From: Nemertoderma westbladi
Taxonomy: Eukaryota; Animalia; Xenacoelomorpha
NCBI GenBank assembly: GCA_032718475.1
Contig: JAUCBJ010007171.1
Span: 37,170 to 101,169, forward strand
Direction of reading: 5' to 3'
Length of the DNA: 64,000 bases
Shown here: positions 52,200 to 64,000 of the stretch, piece after piece
Layout: every line of letters begins with the position of its first letter
How positions within the stretch are numbered: the first letter of the stretch is position 1
Made by a program: the position numbers and the translations under genes
Notes under the pieces: generated by a model
The model's input: only the letters and a program-made list of their open reading frames with translations
What the model was told of the DNA's origin: nothing
Database searches by the model: none

Positions 52200-52780
52200 T
52201 ACACCAGACATATCGCCAGACGGTCAACCAGACACGTTACTAGACAGCCAACCAGACATTTTACCAGACATGTCACAAAATGTTCTACCAGACGCTAGTA
52301 ACATATTGACAAATAGTAAAGCCGCAGTTTCCCTATTGGAGCGGCCTTCTATTGACAAACAACCAGATACGTTACCAGACGTATCGCCAGACACGTTACT
52401 AGACGGTCAACCAGACGTTTTGCCAGACACGTCACTAGATATTTCGCCGGATGTTCCGCGAAACATTTTACCAGACATGTCACAAAATGTTCTACCAGAC
52501 ACTAGTGACATACTGACAAATAGTAAAGCCGCAGTTTCTCTATTGGAGCGGCCTTCTATTGACAAACAACCAGATACGTTACCAGACGTATCGCCAGACA
52601 CGTTACTAGACGGTCAACCAGACGTTTTGCCAGACACGTCACTAGATATTTCGCCGGATGTTCCGCGAAACATTTTACCAGACATGTCACAAAATGTTCT
52701 ACCAGACACTAGTAACATACCGACAAATAGTGAAGCCGCAGTTTCCCTATTGGAGCGGCCTTGTATTGACAAACTACCAA
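52200..52780 (+). repeat. In-frame 207-bp (69 aa) tandem repeat built from xxPD tetrapeptides between RNase H and integrase
   Basis: AAVSLLERP recurs three times 207 bp apart; CCAGAC recurs about every 12 bp. Confidence 0.9.
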
Positions 52781-55324
52781 TTTTGACACACTTGAGCAAC
52801 CACAAGCACGGTGAAACCTCATGTATTACAGATGTGGGTAGTACCTACGCTAATGTAAATACAGGTGTTACTCTGCGCTCAAGAGACATACCAAACTTGC
52901 AACCTATGGTGAAACCTGGGATTAATGTCGGCAGAAAATTAAGTTTACCGAAACCCAGTGACCCCATAGAGTTCAAACCACCATTAACGATCGACTTACA
53001 AAGTACTGACAATCAAGGTAAGAAGACGAAGAAGGACAAATTACTTGTAGACCCGGACGGATCAACAGTCAACAAGGGAATACCTACCGGCGGACCCGTG
53101 GGCCCTTCTAGTAAATCAAAACCTTCCAAAATCTCCATTGACTTACCTGATGACGTCACAAATACTTACGTCGACCGTATTGTAAATCTAACAGATTCTT
53201 GGACAAACGCTTGCCGAAAATTAGCGTGGATTGTACGTTTTGTACAATACGTTAAAGGCAAACGTGACTTTACACGTCGACTTACATTGGCTGAGATTGA
53301 CAGGTGTGAGATTAAATTAATTCGCCATTACCAACTGCGATATTTCGCGCGCGAATTCACATCCATAAATCAAGGTCAACCAATCAAGTCGTCACCAATA
53401 CTGAGTTGGAGTCCGATAATTTATAATGGCTTAATTTGTCATAAATCTCGGCTTCAAAACATTGACTTTAACACAAACTTTAGATACCCAATAATAATAC
53501 CACAACATCACGAACTACAACGTGCAATGATACTGGACGCACATTTACATCTAAAACACGCTGGAAGACACCACTGTCTTTCCTACTTACGTACAAGATT
53601 TGTATTAATTAGACCCAGTAAAGCGTTAAGTTCAGTGACACGTACGTGTATTATTTGTAAAAAGGTACATTCTAGAATAGGTACCCAAGAAATGAGTGAA
53701 CTTCCACAAACACGACTTCAAGCATTCAGACCACCTTTTACAGATACTGGAATTGATTGCTTTGGTCCCATACATACGAAACGTGGACGTATACTAGTAA
53801 AACGCTGGGGACTGATTTTCACATGTATGTCCAGTCGGGCAGTTCATATTGAACGTGTGATGGATCTTTCCACCAACGCGTTTATACTAGCATTGCGGCG
53901 ATTTATCGCCAGACGCGGACTAGTGAAATGCTTGTACTCAGACCAAGGGACAAACTTTGTTGGTGCACGGAATGAGATTGCTAGAGCCTTTAAGAAATTA
54001 GATCATGATCAAATCTCGAACGAACTACAACCTCACAAGATTGTTTGGAAGTTTAATCCTCCAGATAGTCCATGGAGAGGCGGAGTCTGGGAGAGATTGA
54101 TTAGATCTATAAAGACAGCCATGGCAAAGGTCATTCCAGTAAACCACATATTGACAGACGACCAACTGACAACATTGTTTGTTGAAATCGAGGCAATACT
54201 AAATACTAGACCAATAGTATTAGTACCCGATGACAAACAATCTCAGTTCGCTTTGACACCGGCACACCTGCTTATGCAGGCACCGACCACATTAATGCCT
54301 ATTTCTATTCCAATAGAAAGCGACAGCTACGGTAGAAAAGCGTGGAAAATCACGCAACTACTGGCTAACAAATTCTGGGAAATATGGCAAAACCATTATT
54401 TGCCCTCTATTTCTGCCAGAACAACATGGTACAATAACACCCGCGCATTAAAGCCGGGAGATCACGTGCTGTTAGCAGAAGTGAATCTAAAAAGACGCTT
54501 CTGGATAACAGGTGTAATTTTAGCCACACATCCATCTATGGATGGAGTGACAAGAACTGTGACGGTCGTACAGTAGACAGACCGACTCAAAGTCTCGTAC
54601 TTCTTGAAGAGACTCGTAACGAGTCTGGAGACTATAAATCTCCAACTAATGTTAGTAAATAATTAGGAGTTTACAAATAGATTTCCACGTACCTGTACAC
54701 CGTAGTAAGGACAGCGGTAGAATTCCATTGTCTTTATATGTGAACATTGAGGGTAGTACCCTTATGTGTCACATAGGAGCGGGATTTGTAGGTATAAGAA
54801 ATGGAATTCTACTTGGAACTCACAATATTGAGACATTTTCGAAATTTTAGACAATCCATTTGGATTTGAAAAATTTTTAAAATTTTCTACAGTGAATAGA
54901 TTTCAGGGTACAGTCGGGTGGAACTTAAAATTAGAGAAACAAGAGAGGAAGACTTGCGAGCCTTTCTTAAAATTTTAATTAAATTTTACACGGTCTTGTT
55001 TCAATAAGTTACGTCAATAAATAGACTCCCCTATATTTATTACTAATTCTTGACTGCTTATTTCTGATAATAGTTTGGGATCAAAAAGTGAGTATTTTAG
55101 ACTCACAGCCAGTTTAGCCCAAATTCGTTTTTATTTCGGCAAAAAATTTTAGATAAGAAGCAGCGTGTCATTAAAGAAACCCTAGATCTTAGGCTATGGG
55201 TAGGAGGTTAGAGCGTTGTCGAGCCAAAAGGGCAGACGAAAACTCTCACGTCTCCTCACAACTAACTACAAACTCTGTTGTATTCCCTCTAGTAGCAATG
55301 ATTATGTAACCATTACTTCCAATA

Positions 55325-56928
55325 ATGGAGAAGGGGATACAAGGAGAGCCGAGATGGGGATATGATATCCAAGAGGAAGCAGCAGCGCCATTCGAACGAT
55401 TTGGAGCTAAAGATTACACTATATTTGGAATAAAGGAATTATCAGAAAGTACAGCGAAACTCGCAAACACTAAATATGACACGACGGTATCGTGGAGGTT
55501 ACGAACGAATCACGGCAGACGCGTGCGCCTATCGGTCACCTTGGTGATGATTTCGAAGTAACTACTACGATCACTGACGATCCTTTAGAGGAACTTCTTG
55601 AGATAGAAAGGAACCTCCCGAAGAAATCTCAGACGGAGATTCGACAACTTGAAGCAACAGATGCTATAGTTTGTATACAACCCTCAGAAACCTACCAACC
55701 CATAGATCCAGATGATTACGATTATAGTGTGGGAGGAAGCGCTCGACCGATTGGAGATCTTATATACGAACGAGTGTGGTACCCTGCCAATACGATGTGT
55801 GGTAAATGTGGCGTCGCTGGACATCATATGACCAAGTGCAGTGGAAAGCACATTACTACGACTCAGCTAATCTGTGGATGGTGTGGGGATCAAGGGTCTC
55901 ATATCTTTTATACTTGCTGGAGATTTATGGCTCAATGTACTTATTGCAATATAAAGGGGCATCGAGCATCTGAATGCCAACTAAGAGACATACCTTATGA
56001 ACACGAATCTGTAAAACTCGTGAGGAAATTATTTGATGAGTGGGAAGATTTAGCCGACGAACATGTATCGGCACAAAGAAGACGATTTCCGATGAGGGCG
56101 CATCTTGGATTTTGGGCGGTAAATTCCCAAACGATGATGTCGGAAGGATATATCTCCGCTATGCCCCAATATGACGAACTTATCGAGGTAGTCGATATTT
56201 TGCCCCACGACAGTGGATTCCGAGTAGTGCGCGAGTATCTACTACAGATTCACCCGGATAACAAAAACACGTGGAATTTTCAGAAAGTCATTAATCGCAT
56301 CACGTATGGTGAATTCGATCGTTTCCGAACTGAAAAGCGGAATAAAGGAGCTTGGTTAACCGTCGCATGGGCGTACCGAGCCGCGTTTTACCATAAACGT
56401 ATACGAGCGAGCGTATTCGAGGAAGAGGAGGTCCTAGAGGCGACAAATATACCAGCCACTCCGGTTGCGCCGTCTGCACGTCACCCTCGGGAGGACGGAC
56501 AGGGTAGGATCATACGGGTCCAGAAAGTGGGCCAACAGTTAAAGAAGTCTATTAATATAGAAGAACGCAAGGGAGTCGAGCCGACCATTCGAATTACTCG
56601 GGATACGGTATCACTTCCTAGAGAACCAACAGGAGGATCGGGACATACACCAGCTGATCAACAGGGGGCGCAAGCTACTCTTGGGTCTGCGTCGTCCGCT
56701 TCTCGCGCGTTCCCAGACGTTCTACCAACTGTAGTGACAACTGATCGGTCACGAGGAATCGGTCGAGGTTTTGGGATGCCAAATAGACGAATTTGCGAGG
56801 AAATAGTCGCACCGTCTCTCAACGTCCAAACGAAACCAGTGACTCGCCCCACAAGTCCCATATCGCGAGCAAAGTCACCTGTGCGCAGTTTTCGAGGACG
56901 CGGCAGGGCTCGATCAACTAAGCGATAA
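55325..56928 (+). CDS. Element D accessory protein with three zinc knuckles and an Arg-rich C-terminus (probable frameshift near 55490)
   Basis: CGKCGVAGHHMTKC, CGWCGDQGSHIFYTC and CTYCNIKGHRASEC; ends RGRGRARSTKR; lies between pol and the 3' LTR. Confidence 0.8.
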
Positions 56929-57822
56929 AGGGGAGGGCAAGGGTGGACGGAAGACTCGTGAGCCTTTCTTATGATTTGTGATTTATTCGAATTTATATTT
57001 ATATTTGTGTTTATTCCGAACTTAAGCAATTTGTATTGTTCCGAATTTATGAAATTTAGAAAGTTTATATTTAGAAGGAACTTATATTTGAAAGATTTAT
57101 GTTTCATATTTGAGATGCAAAGGAGTTTATATTATTCTAAACTTATGCAGTTTATATGTATATTTAGTAAGAATTTATATTTTGCAAGATTTATATTTTA
57201 TATTTGAGATTATTCCGAACTTATGCAATTTATATTGTTCCGAATACTATGCAATTTATATCTTATAAGCAGTATTTGTATTTACAGTGAAATAGAAAGT
57301 AAGAGTAGATGGAAGACTCGTGGGCCTTTCTTATAGTTTCATTTGTAAAGTGTTATATTTTGTATTTAGAAAGTTTTATAGTTAGAAAGTTTTGTGCTTA
57401 GAAAGACTCATATTTGTAATTATTCCGAACTTATGCAATCTACATTTAGGCACGAAAGTATTTGTAATTATTTGAATTTATGCAATATTTGAGATGCAAT
57501 AGTAGATGGAAGACTCGCGAGCCTTTCTTATGATTTTCATTTATTTGTATTTGTAATTGTTTGAATTTATGCAATATTGAGATGCAATAGATTTATATTG
57601 GTGAATTTAATTTAGATTTATATTGTACTTACTTAGTAAAGCCTTAACTACGTAAAGTTTGAATTTGTAATTATTTTGTATCGAATCATTACGTAGAAAG
57701 GAAGTATTGTTTGAAATTTAATTGTAAATATGTAAGTACGCCCTAAGTATTCTATAGTTTGACTGATTATTGGTGAAAACCGTATATTTTATGCACGATA
57801 ATATCCTGTTTTCATGGAGCGG

Positions 57823-59716
57823 TATAGAATTATATTCCCTAAATGCCGTGGATTTTCAAAATTTTATTTTTATTCGAATTAACTTTGTAAAAGATTGCTT
57901 TGAGTCCTCATTTGTATTGCTATTTCTATTTGTACGCCTATTATTCAAGTGGTTCAGTAGCTCAGTCGGTAGAGCGTTGGAAATTATATGTGTAGTAGGT
58001 ATTGAGTTCGAATCCTAGTAAGTGCGAATTATTTTTTGTACAGAATTTCAACTCATTTAAATTAACCGCTACAAATTAAATTGCATTTGTTTGTACCTAG
58101 ATTAACCGTTATTTGATCGTAACCAATGTCGTGCAAGTTATATATTAGCTGGACCAATAGTTATCTTTAAAAACCTGTTAGAACCTATAGAACAATCGAG
58201 AATTTTCTCGATTGATTGCAGCACAAATTTGCTATATAAAGGTGCGATTTGTTCATTAGTTATCTCTCAATCACTTCTTGCAATATCTCTTCTGTATTAT
58301 TCAATATTGTTTATTCTGTCATTAGTTTTCAGATTATATTCGTATTATTATCTGCAATAAATTCAGAAATACCGCTACCAGCCTTTTCTATCTGTTTTAC
58401 CATGATTCACTACGGTGAACAAACTTAAGAACAGGATGGCCGGCTAGAGATCGGGCCGCAGCAATGAACGGGAACATCACGGGAATGTAGACAGGAGACA
58501 ACCCGCAATACCATCTCAGTTATTCGCCCATCGCCTGAAAGGTTAGACAGCGTTCGACGCCTTGCTACCTAAGCGTAAGACCAAAGATCAAAAGGTAGAA
58601 GTAGTGACACGCTGTAAGCCTAAAATTACATCTTAGGGACTGTACTGTCTTGATTCAGGAAAAAACCACAGTAGACCTTCACATTCCTACGGGGGAGAGC
58701 GCAGGCAGAGATACTAGTACGCAGATAGGACGTAGGCACACTGGTACTAAGCATACACATTGGTAGGGTGCAGCAAACTGTACGCCTAACTCTTGCTAAG
58801 TGCAGGTGCGTTTGCGACTATTTGTAGTACAACGGTGTCCATTGCATTAGAACTTGTAGGCTAGGAGGGTTGCTGTGTTTCACCTGAATTGGGATTGTAC
58901 CGTTCAGGCGGTAGGGCAGTTTACAACTAGGCGCAAATAAATTGAGGCTATTAGGGATATACTAACATCTACCGTGTCCCCGCCAACGTCTTGATAGGAA
59001 GTTACCCAGCCTACCTAGGTGACTAAAATTCTAGATAGGACGCCAGGATAGCTATTTGTAACAGTACGCCTACTGTAGTAAACTAACACATTTCTTCTTA
59101 GTATTAGGGGCCTGGTAAATTAAAATTGCCGAATTCTGGGTGTAGCATTAACCTTATGCCTGAATTTGAGTCCTGGAAATACGCAAGAGGGGAAGGAACC
59201 TTATCATTCGTGAGTATTGGACCTACAAGTTACAAAATTAAAATATTCGTAAAATGCACACCGTACCCAGTAATTATATATGTGAAGGAGTAAAACTGCT
59301 TTTGACCGTTCAGAATTAACACACGCGCGTTAGAAATTATTTACACCTCAAAATATATAAAATTAACTTTGTCCGTACTGTGCTTTGCCCGCTAGTTAGA
59401 CATCTCCAAATCTCTGCCTCTGTACCTAGCTAGCATCCCTTTCGCCCAACCATATAAATCACACCACGGCAAAGTATACGAGCCCTTTAGTCCGTCAGTG
59501 AGTCAGCCTGATTTTAGGATTCGCTGCGCGGGATTTTGTTTTATCGAAGTTTGTCTGCTCGTAGACTGTTTTCTGCCTCACCGGTTATAAGAGATCGATA
59601 CTGCAATATATTCGCTTACTTAGAGTTTACTGTTTTGGTGAGAAGGTCGGATTTATGATTTGATTCACAAACTTTACAGTAGGATATTGCAGGTATTGTT
59701 ACTGTCTCTTCAAATA
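57823..59716 (+). repeat. 3' LTR of element D (1894 bp)
   Basis: Follows GGAGCGG PPT; differs from the 5' LTR by one 12-bp indel and about nine substitutions. Confidence 0.96.
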
Positions 59717-59721
59717 GTGGC

Positions 59722-61896
59722 CAATGCTGAATGGTTGCATACAGTTAATGACATTCATAGCTACGGCATTATGGTTTATGACAATGAGGGCTTAGTGCCA
59801 GATCATGAGCTCAGCTCAACTCGGTTGATTCATAACCGCGGCCTCACTGGAGCCACTCACATTTTTACGCATACTTGTCACGGTACCAACAGCGTTTTCC
59901 CAGCCTTGACAGCCTACCAGCGCCGTGCGAGACATCAACAATTTGTTAAAGCGGAGGCTTACGTCAATGACACGAATCAACACCCAGCCATGGGAATAGA
60001 CGCTGCTTTATTACCACAACCCGTATTAGACATTCTATTAGACAAATCCATTTATAAACTGGGTGCAGCCATCTATCGGGATTTAACAGACGATTTCCCT
60101 GTCATCCATGACATACCATATCCCTTTGTCGACACCCAAGTTATCCTTACTTGGGCGCAATCCCGCGGCTTCTTCCGGGTCATGTATCGACGTAACACTA
60201 ACGACACATATAGCAGAGTTGACCACACGTCCTCTGGCCACATTTCCTGGCTGCCTTTCAAGAGTATGGCTGGAACTTCAAAGAGACCGATCACGAGACG
60301 TATTCCAAGGTTTATCGTGACTCATATTCACCTTATTACTTTCAGGGACCACTCACCACCCCTGGTGCCGTATATAGTTTTATGAGCGTTCCCTTGCACC
60401 CCTCGTTGGCGATATACCTCATATTCGAAAACCAAGCGTTATCAGGATGGCTTGCGGATGTCTGTAGCCGTACATTGAAAGCGCACCCGTTGTTGTTGGG
60501 AACACAACTTGCCAACTCAATGAACTCGGTAAATTCCTGAACTTTGAATGCTTTTGGCGTTTCCTGACCCCCTTTGCCAACATTGACAGTTAGTTTCGCG
60601 TGAAGTTACTGTCTCAGCAAGAGTTATGTCGTTCTGCAACGGATGAGCTAGCCAGCAGTGGCTTTGCCATATTTCGAGACGTATGTATTTCCAATCTACA
60701 TCAATCGGTGATTGAGAGACCCATTATCAAACCAGGTTTCACGGTTGGGCAAATACAGACTGATATTATGGATGCCCCCGACAAAGCGGAGGAACCAATC
60801 CATCTAGAAGCGACCTCAGTAGCTACTACTGTCGTACCTGCCCCTGACAATGAGTCTGCTTTAATCGACTGGTATCGCGAGACCAAGCGGCTCACGGTTC
60901 GAGGTTTCCATTATCTATTATTTCGCAAACATGTCCGTTGTACGCATTGCGGACTTTGCACGCACAAGGCTCCCACCCAACCTAGAGTTCTTTGTGAGTG
61001 CCTTACCAATAGTCACATCAAACTCTATTGTCCCTACTGCCGCATTAACAACAACCACATCTTATTTACCTGTCTAGCCTTTGCCACCCAGTGTGAGCAT
61101 TACCAATTCAAGGGACACAGTCGTCCAAACTGCCAATTTGATCCCGACATTGAGGTAGAAGATGAAACAAGTGTCACACGATACATTCGATCGTGGGAAG
61201 GATGCGCATTGTGCAGATCTCAATGCGATCACCACGTCCTGATACGCCGCAGCAAAAGCTCACCTCGGAGTATACGCGGTTTCCCCCTTTATCTGCGCAA
61301 CAGATGTTCGGCGTGCTTTGCTACCGAGTTACGAGCTCCTCAACCGTGTAGCTTCCTGCACCAACACCTGCTTCGTCCGACACTTCCTTCGCGAGATACA
61401 TCCAGAGCGCGCGACGTCCTACAGTATAATAAACGATATAAAGAGTTATTAACGACTCTACGTTTTATGGCCTACAATTCCTGGAAAGAAATCCCGAGCT
61501 GCTCCCTCAGCATCGAGTTTTCAGCGAACACACTCAACGTGAAGGACCAGTTCTCCATGCTGTGCCTCCGAGAATTTTCCTCAGCAAGCAGCCCCATTTG
61601 GTGTCGCTACCCAAACTGTCCCCTCTGGACCAGTGCAGGCTCGTGTGCGGAAGCGCTTAGCTGCTCCTCCGGGATTAGAGGTCCATCGACCGGCTGTCGA
61701 CTCGGGCGCAACGAGACCGATTGAGTTCCTGTCCCTGCCCGGCACCTCCATCTGGACATGCACCGACCATCCGATTTCACCGACACCGGATGCGTTAGAT
61801 ATACACCCGGGTCCCAACGAGATGCTTTCAAGAGACAACCTGATGTTACCTGCGTCCCAAACACCTGCGAAGAAGAGGAAACGACTCTTTATGTGA
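59722..61896 (+). pseudogene. Continuation of the ORF interrupted by D (probably element C accessory region), including a degenerate triple zinc knuckle
   Basis: Frame reads ..LTTEVA|NAEWLH across the TSD; LYCPYCRINNNHILFTCLAFATQCEHYQFKGHSRPNCQ aligns with the D accessory knuckles. Confidence 0.7.
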
Positions 61897-63719
61897 AATA
61901 CCCCCAAACACCCCAAGAGAAAGCGATAATATAAGATTGTTATTAGTTAGCCTGTCAATCTTCATAAAATCACTGTACTCGTTTGTCAACAGCTAAGTAT
62001 GTTATAAAACTATCATATTTGTAAATAATGAACAATACGTATTTCTCACTGTAAGAATGAAACTCAATGTATTGGTTGAATTTATGTATTTTTATATTTG
62101 AAGGATAATATGACTCAATATTTACCTACTTACATTGATTAATTTACTTACCTACCATATTTGTAAATACATCAAACTCTAATATTGTTTGAAAGGTCGT
62201 TTAATACTTATTTAGTCTTACCGGAAGTGACTCAACAAACTTTATTACTTTATATGAGGAAGTTGATCTACCCTTAATTAATTTCGTTTAATTTTAGTTA
62301 GAATGTTTATCGCATTTAATTGTATGTAGCGAGTATTTGATATCGACGTCACCTTTGATTGTTGAAAGATTGTATATACCCCTTTCCATGCAAATTTCCG
62401 AAAAAACTCAATATTGTGATACTCATAGAACGATAGTTGAAACTTGTACGTAATTTTAGGGAATGGTTTTGCTGCACACCCTAACTGCATATCGAAATCT
62501 TATTTTTTTATCAGAGAATCATTCAATTTCTGTGCGTATAATATTTATGCCTAACTCATGTTGTATACCACCGTGAACCTTGTTTATATGTTGCCTAGCA
62601 GCAGTTGTGGTAGTGCTGAACTCTCTTTGGTAACTACCGGTACAGGTGTTCTAGTTCTAGCGTCCTATTGGCTGTCCTATTTTTGCAGTATTGCTTGTTT
62701 ATAGAGTCGATGTTCATCCCATTACTCTCAGGCATAACCTAACATCATATTAAGCCTGTTACGAGTAATTTAACTTGCAGGACTCGTGATATTTCACCTT
62801 GCTGCATGCATTGTAGCTTGCTGTATTACATTATCAACTTGTTGCATATATTATTGCATTATTATTATTTACTATTATTGCTTTACTGTTGTTGATGAAT
62901 ATACAAGACCAGAGATCAAACCAACTCGATTTCCACACGGTTAGTGCTGACTGCGCCCTGTCTGTAATAGATTCGGTTCATTTTAGTGCGAGTGTGTGCG
63001 TCCATAGTACTGCAATATTATTCCCCAACTGGTAACTAATATCTATTGACACCATGTATGCAGCACGAGTGAACTGTGCCCTTACCACGCACTAAGTCCA
63101 ACATAGTGTCCTTCCTGTAATATATGTAAGCAACACGTACATTTACTCACCAACAACACAATATAACGGAACGGTTTACACGTAACTGTCACTTTACTCC
63201 CTTGAAGCAGTTTATAAGCGCCGAAACTATATATACTTACAGTGATTGATTGTACATTCAGGTCAGATATATATATTAGATAATATATTAATTCAAAGTG
63301 CTACTGCACAGCCCGGCCAACTAAAGGAATATATATAATTGAAATGAGTTCGCCACTGAGGATAAACTTCTCGATAAAAAATGATGTTAATTTCCCAAAT
63401 TTTCGAATATATTTCATATCCTTCATCAGGGTTAATAATAAACAAATAACTAAAAACAGATAACTAAAAACAGCCTACACCTACTCACTCAACCCAAATA
63501 TAAATTCTCCAGTGAAAATACAGAATTACCAAAAAAACAACAAAAAATGCAGAAATGTGTTGGGCCTATCAGGCTAAAATTACATAAATTACTACTCTGT
63601 CAAACAATTTTCCCTGTATTATATAATAGTTTAGCACCAAAGCCAATTAACAATAATAATCAAAAATGTCGAATTTGATGGGCATATACACTATATGTAT
63701 ATAATCCACTTGTTCCGTG

Positions 63720-64000
63720 ACTGACTGACATGCACCCTACTGTACTGCCATACCTAGACTACCAGACCCTCTCCAGAAGTCTACCCGGCCTAACGCCTAA
63801 TCTACAGCTGTACTTTGTGGCCTGCCCCACATCTACTTTTTGAAGTTGGTACATATGTACAGCACTACGGTAGCTGGTCTAGGTACCGGTACATCGTGCA
63901 GCAGTCAAACAGCTGTAGATTAGGCGTTAGGCCGGGTAGACTTCTGGAGAGGGTCTGGTAGTCTAGGTATGGCAGTACAGTAGGGTGCATGTCAGTCAGT
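63720..64000. repeat. Perfect inverted repeat, arms at least 92 bp (63720-63811 / 63909-64000), 97-bp spacer; probable MITE running off the window
   Basis: ACTGACTGACATGCACCC...TCTACAGCTGT is exactly mirrored at the window end. Confidence 0.85.

Larger units (their letters stand above)
50126..54576 (+). pseudogene. pol: Element D RT-RNase H-integrase, split by an RTE insertion
   Basis: YLPHH, RVVND, DVEAMFHQV, YVDD | GGFNLTKF, FSDAS, NPADIASRG, HHCC zinc finger, GIDCFGP, SDQGTNF and GGVWERLIRSIK. Confidence 0.93.
42556..59716 (+). mobile_element. BEL/Pao element D, complete structure (17.2 kb), recent insertion with disrupted ORF
   Basis: TSD GTGGC (42551-55 / 59717-21), near-identical LTRs, gag-PR-RT-RH-IN, accessory ORF and PPT GGAGCGG. 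Confidence 0.96.

Noticed and set aside
56949-57530. CRISPR-like array from recurring palindromic repeats
   Set aside because: Spacing is irregular, spacers are repetitive and AT-rich, the context is eukaryotic and there are no cas genes.
59660-59730. Signal-peptide-like N-terminus of the 241-aa ORF
   Set aside because: The first ~19 codons come from the D 3' LTR; the junction is an insertion artefact.

Overview
This is eukaryotic (probably invertebrate) repeat-dense DNA, and I see no host gene. It is a nest of four large BEL/Pao LTR retrotransposons. A (+, <1-8711) is internally deleted. B (-, 16872-37511) has divergent LTRs and a full-length LINE in its 5' LTR. C (+, ~13755-61900) is degenerate and hosts both B and D. 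D (+, 42556-59716) is young, with near-identical 1.9-kb LTRs and a GTGGC target-site duplication (TSD). Also present are RTE LINE fragments, a Gypsy gag-protease fragment, a TTAA-flanked Kolobok-like MITE and a long palindrome at the window end. The main candidate novelty is that neither BEL family with a visible 5' LTR has a tRNA primer-binding site (PBS). In both, the 11 nt abutting the 5' LTR are complementary to an 11-mer inside the element's own LTR, with a second short helix, and the sequences differ completely between the families. This suggests tRNA-independent self-priming, which I know only from Tf1/sushi chromoviruses. Element D also has TA...TA termini, a tRNA-like Pol III cassette in its LTR, nine dispersed copies of a YGYG-tetraloop hairpin and a triple-zinc-knuckle accessory ORF. 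A, B and C carry a different, non-env accessory ORF. All alignments were done by eye and no database searches were run.
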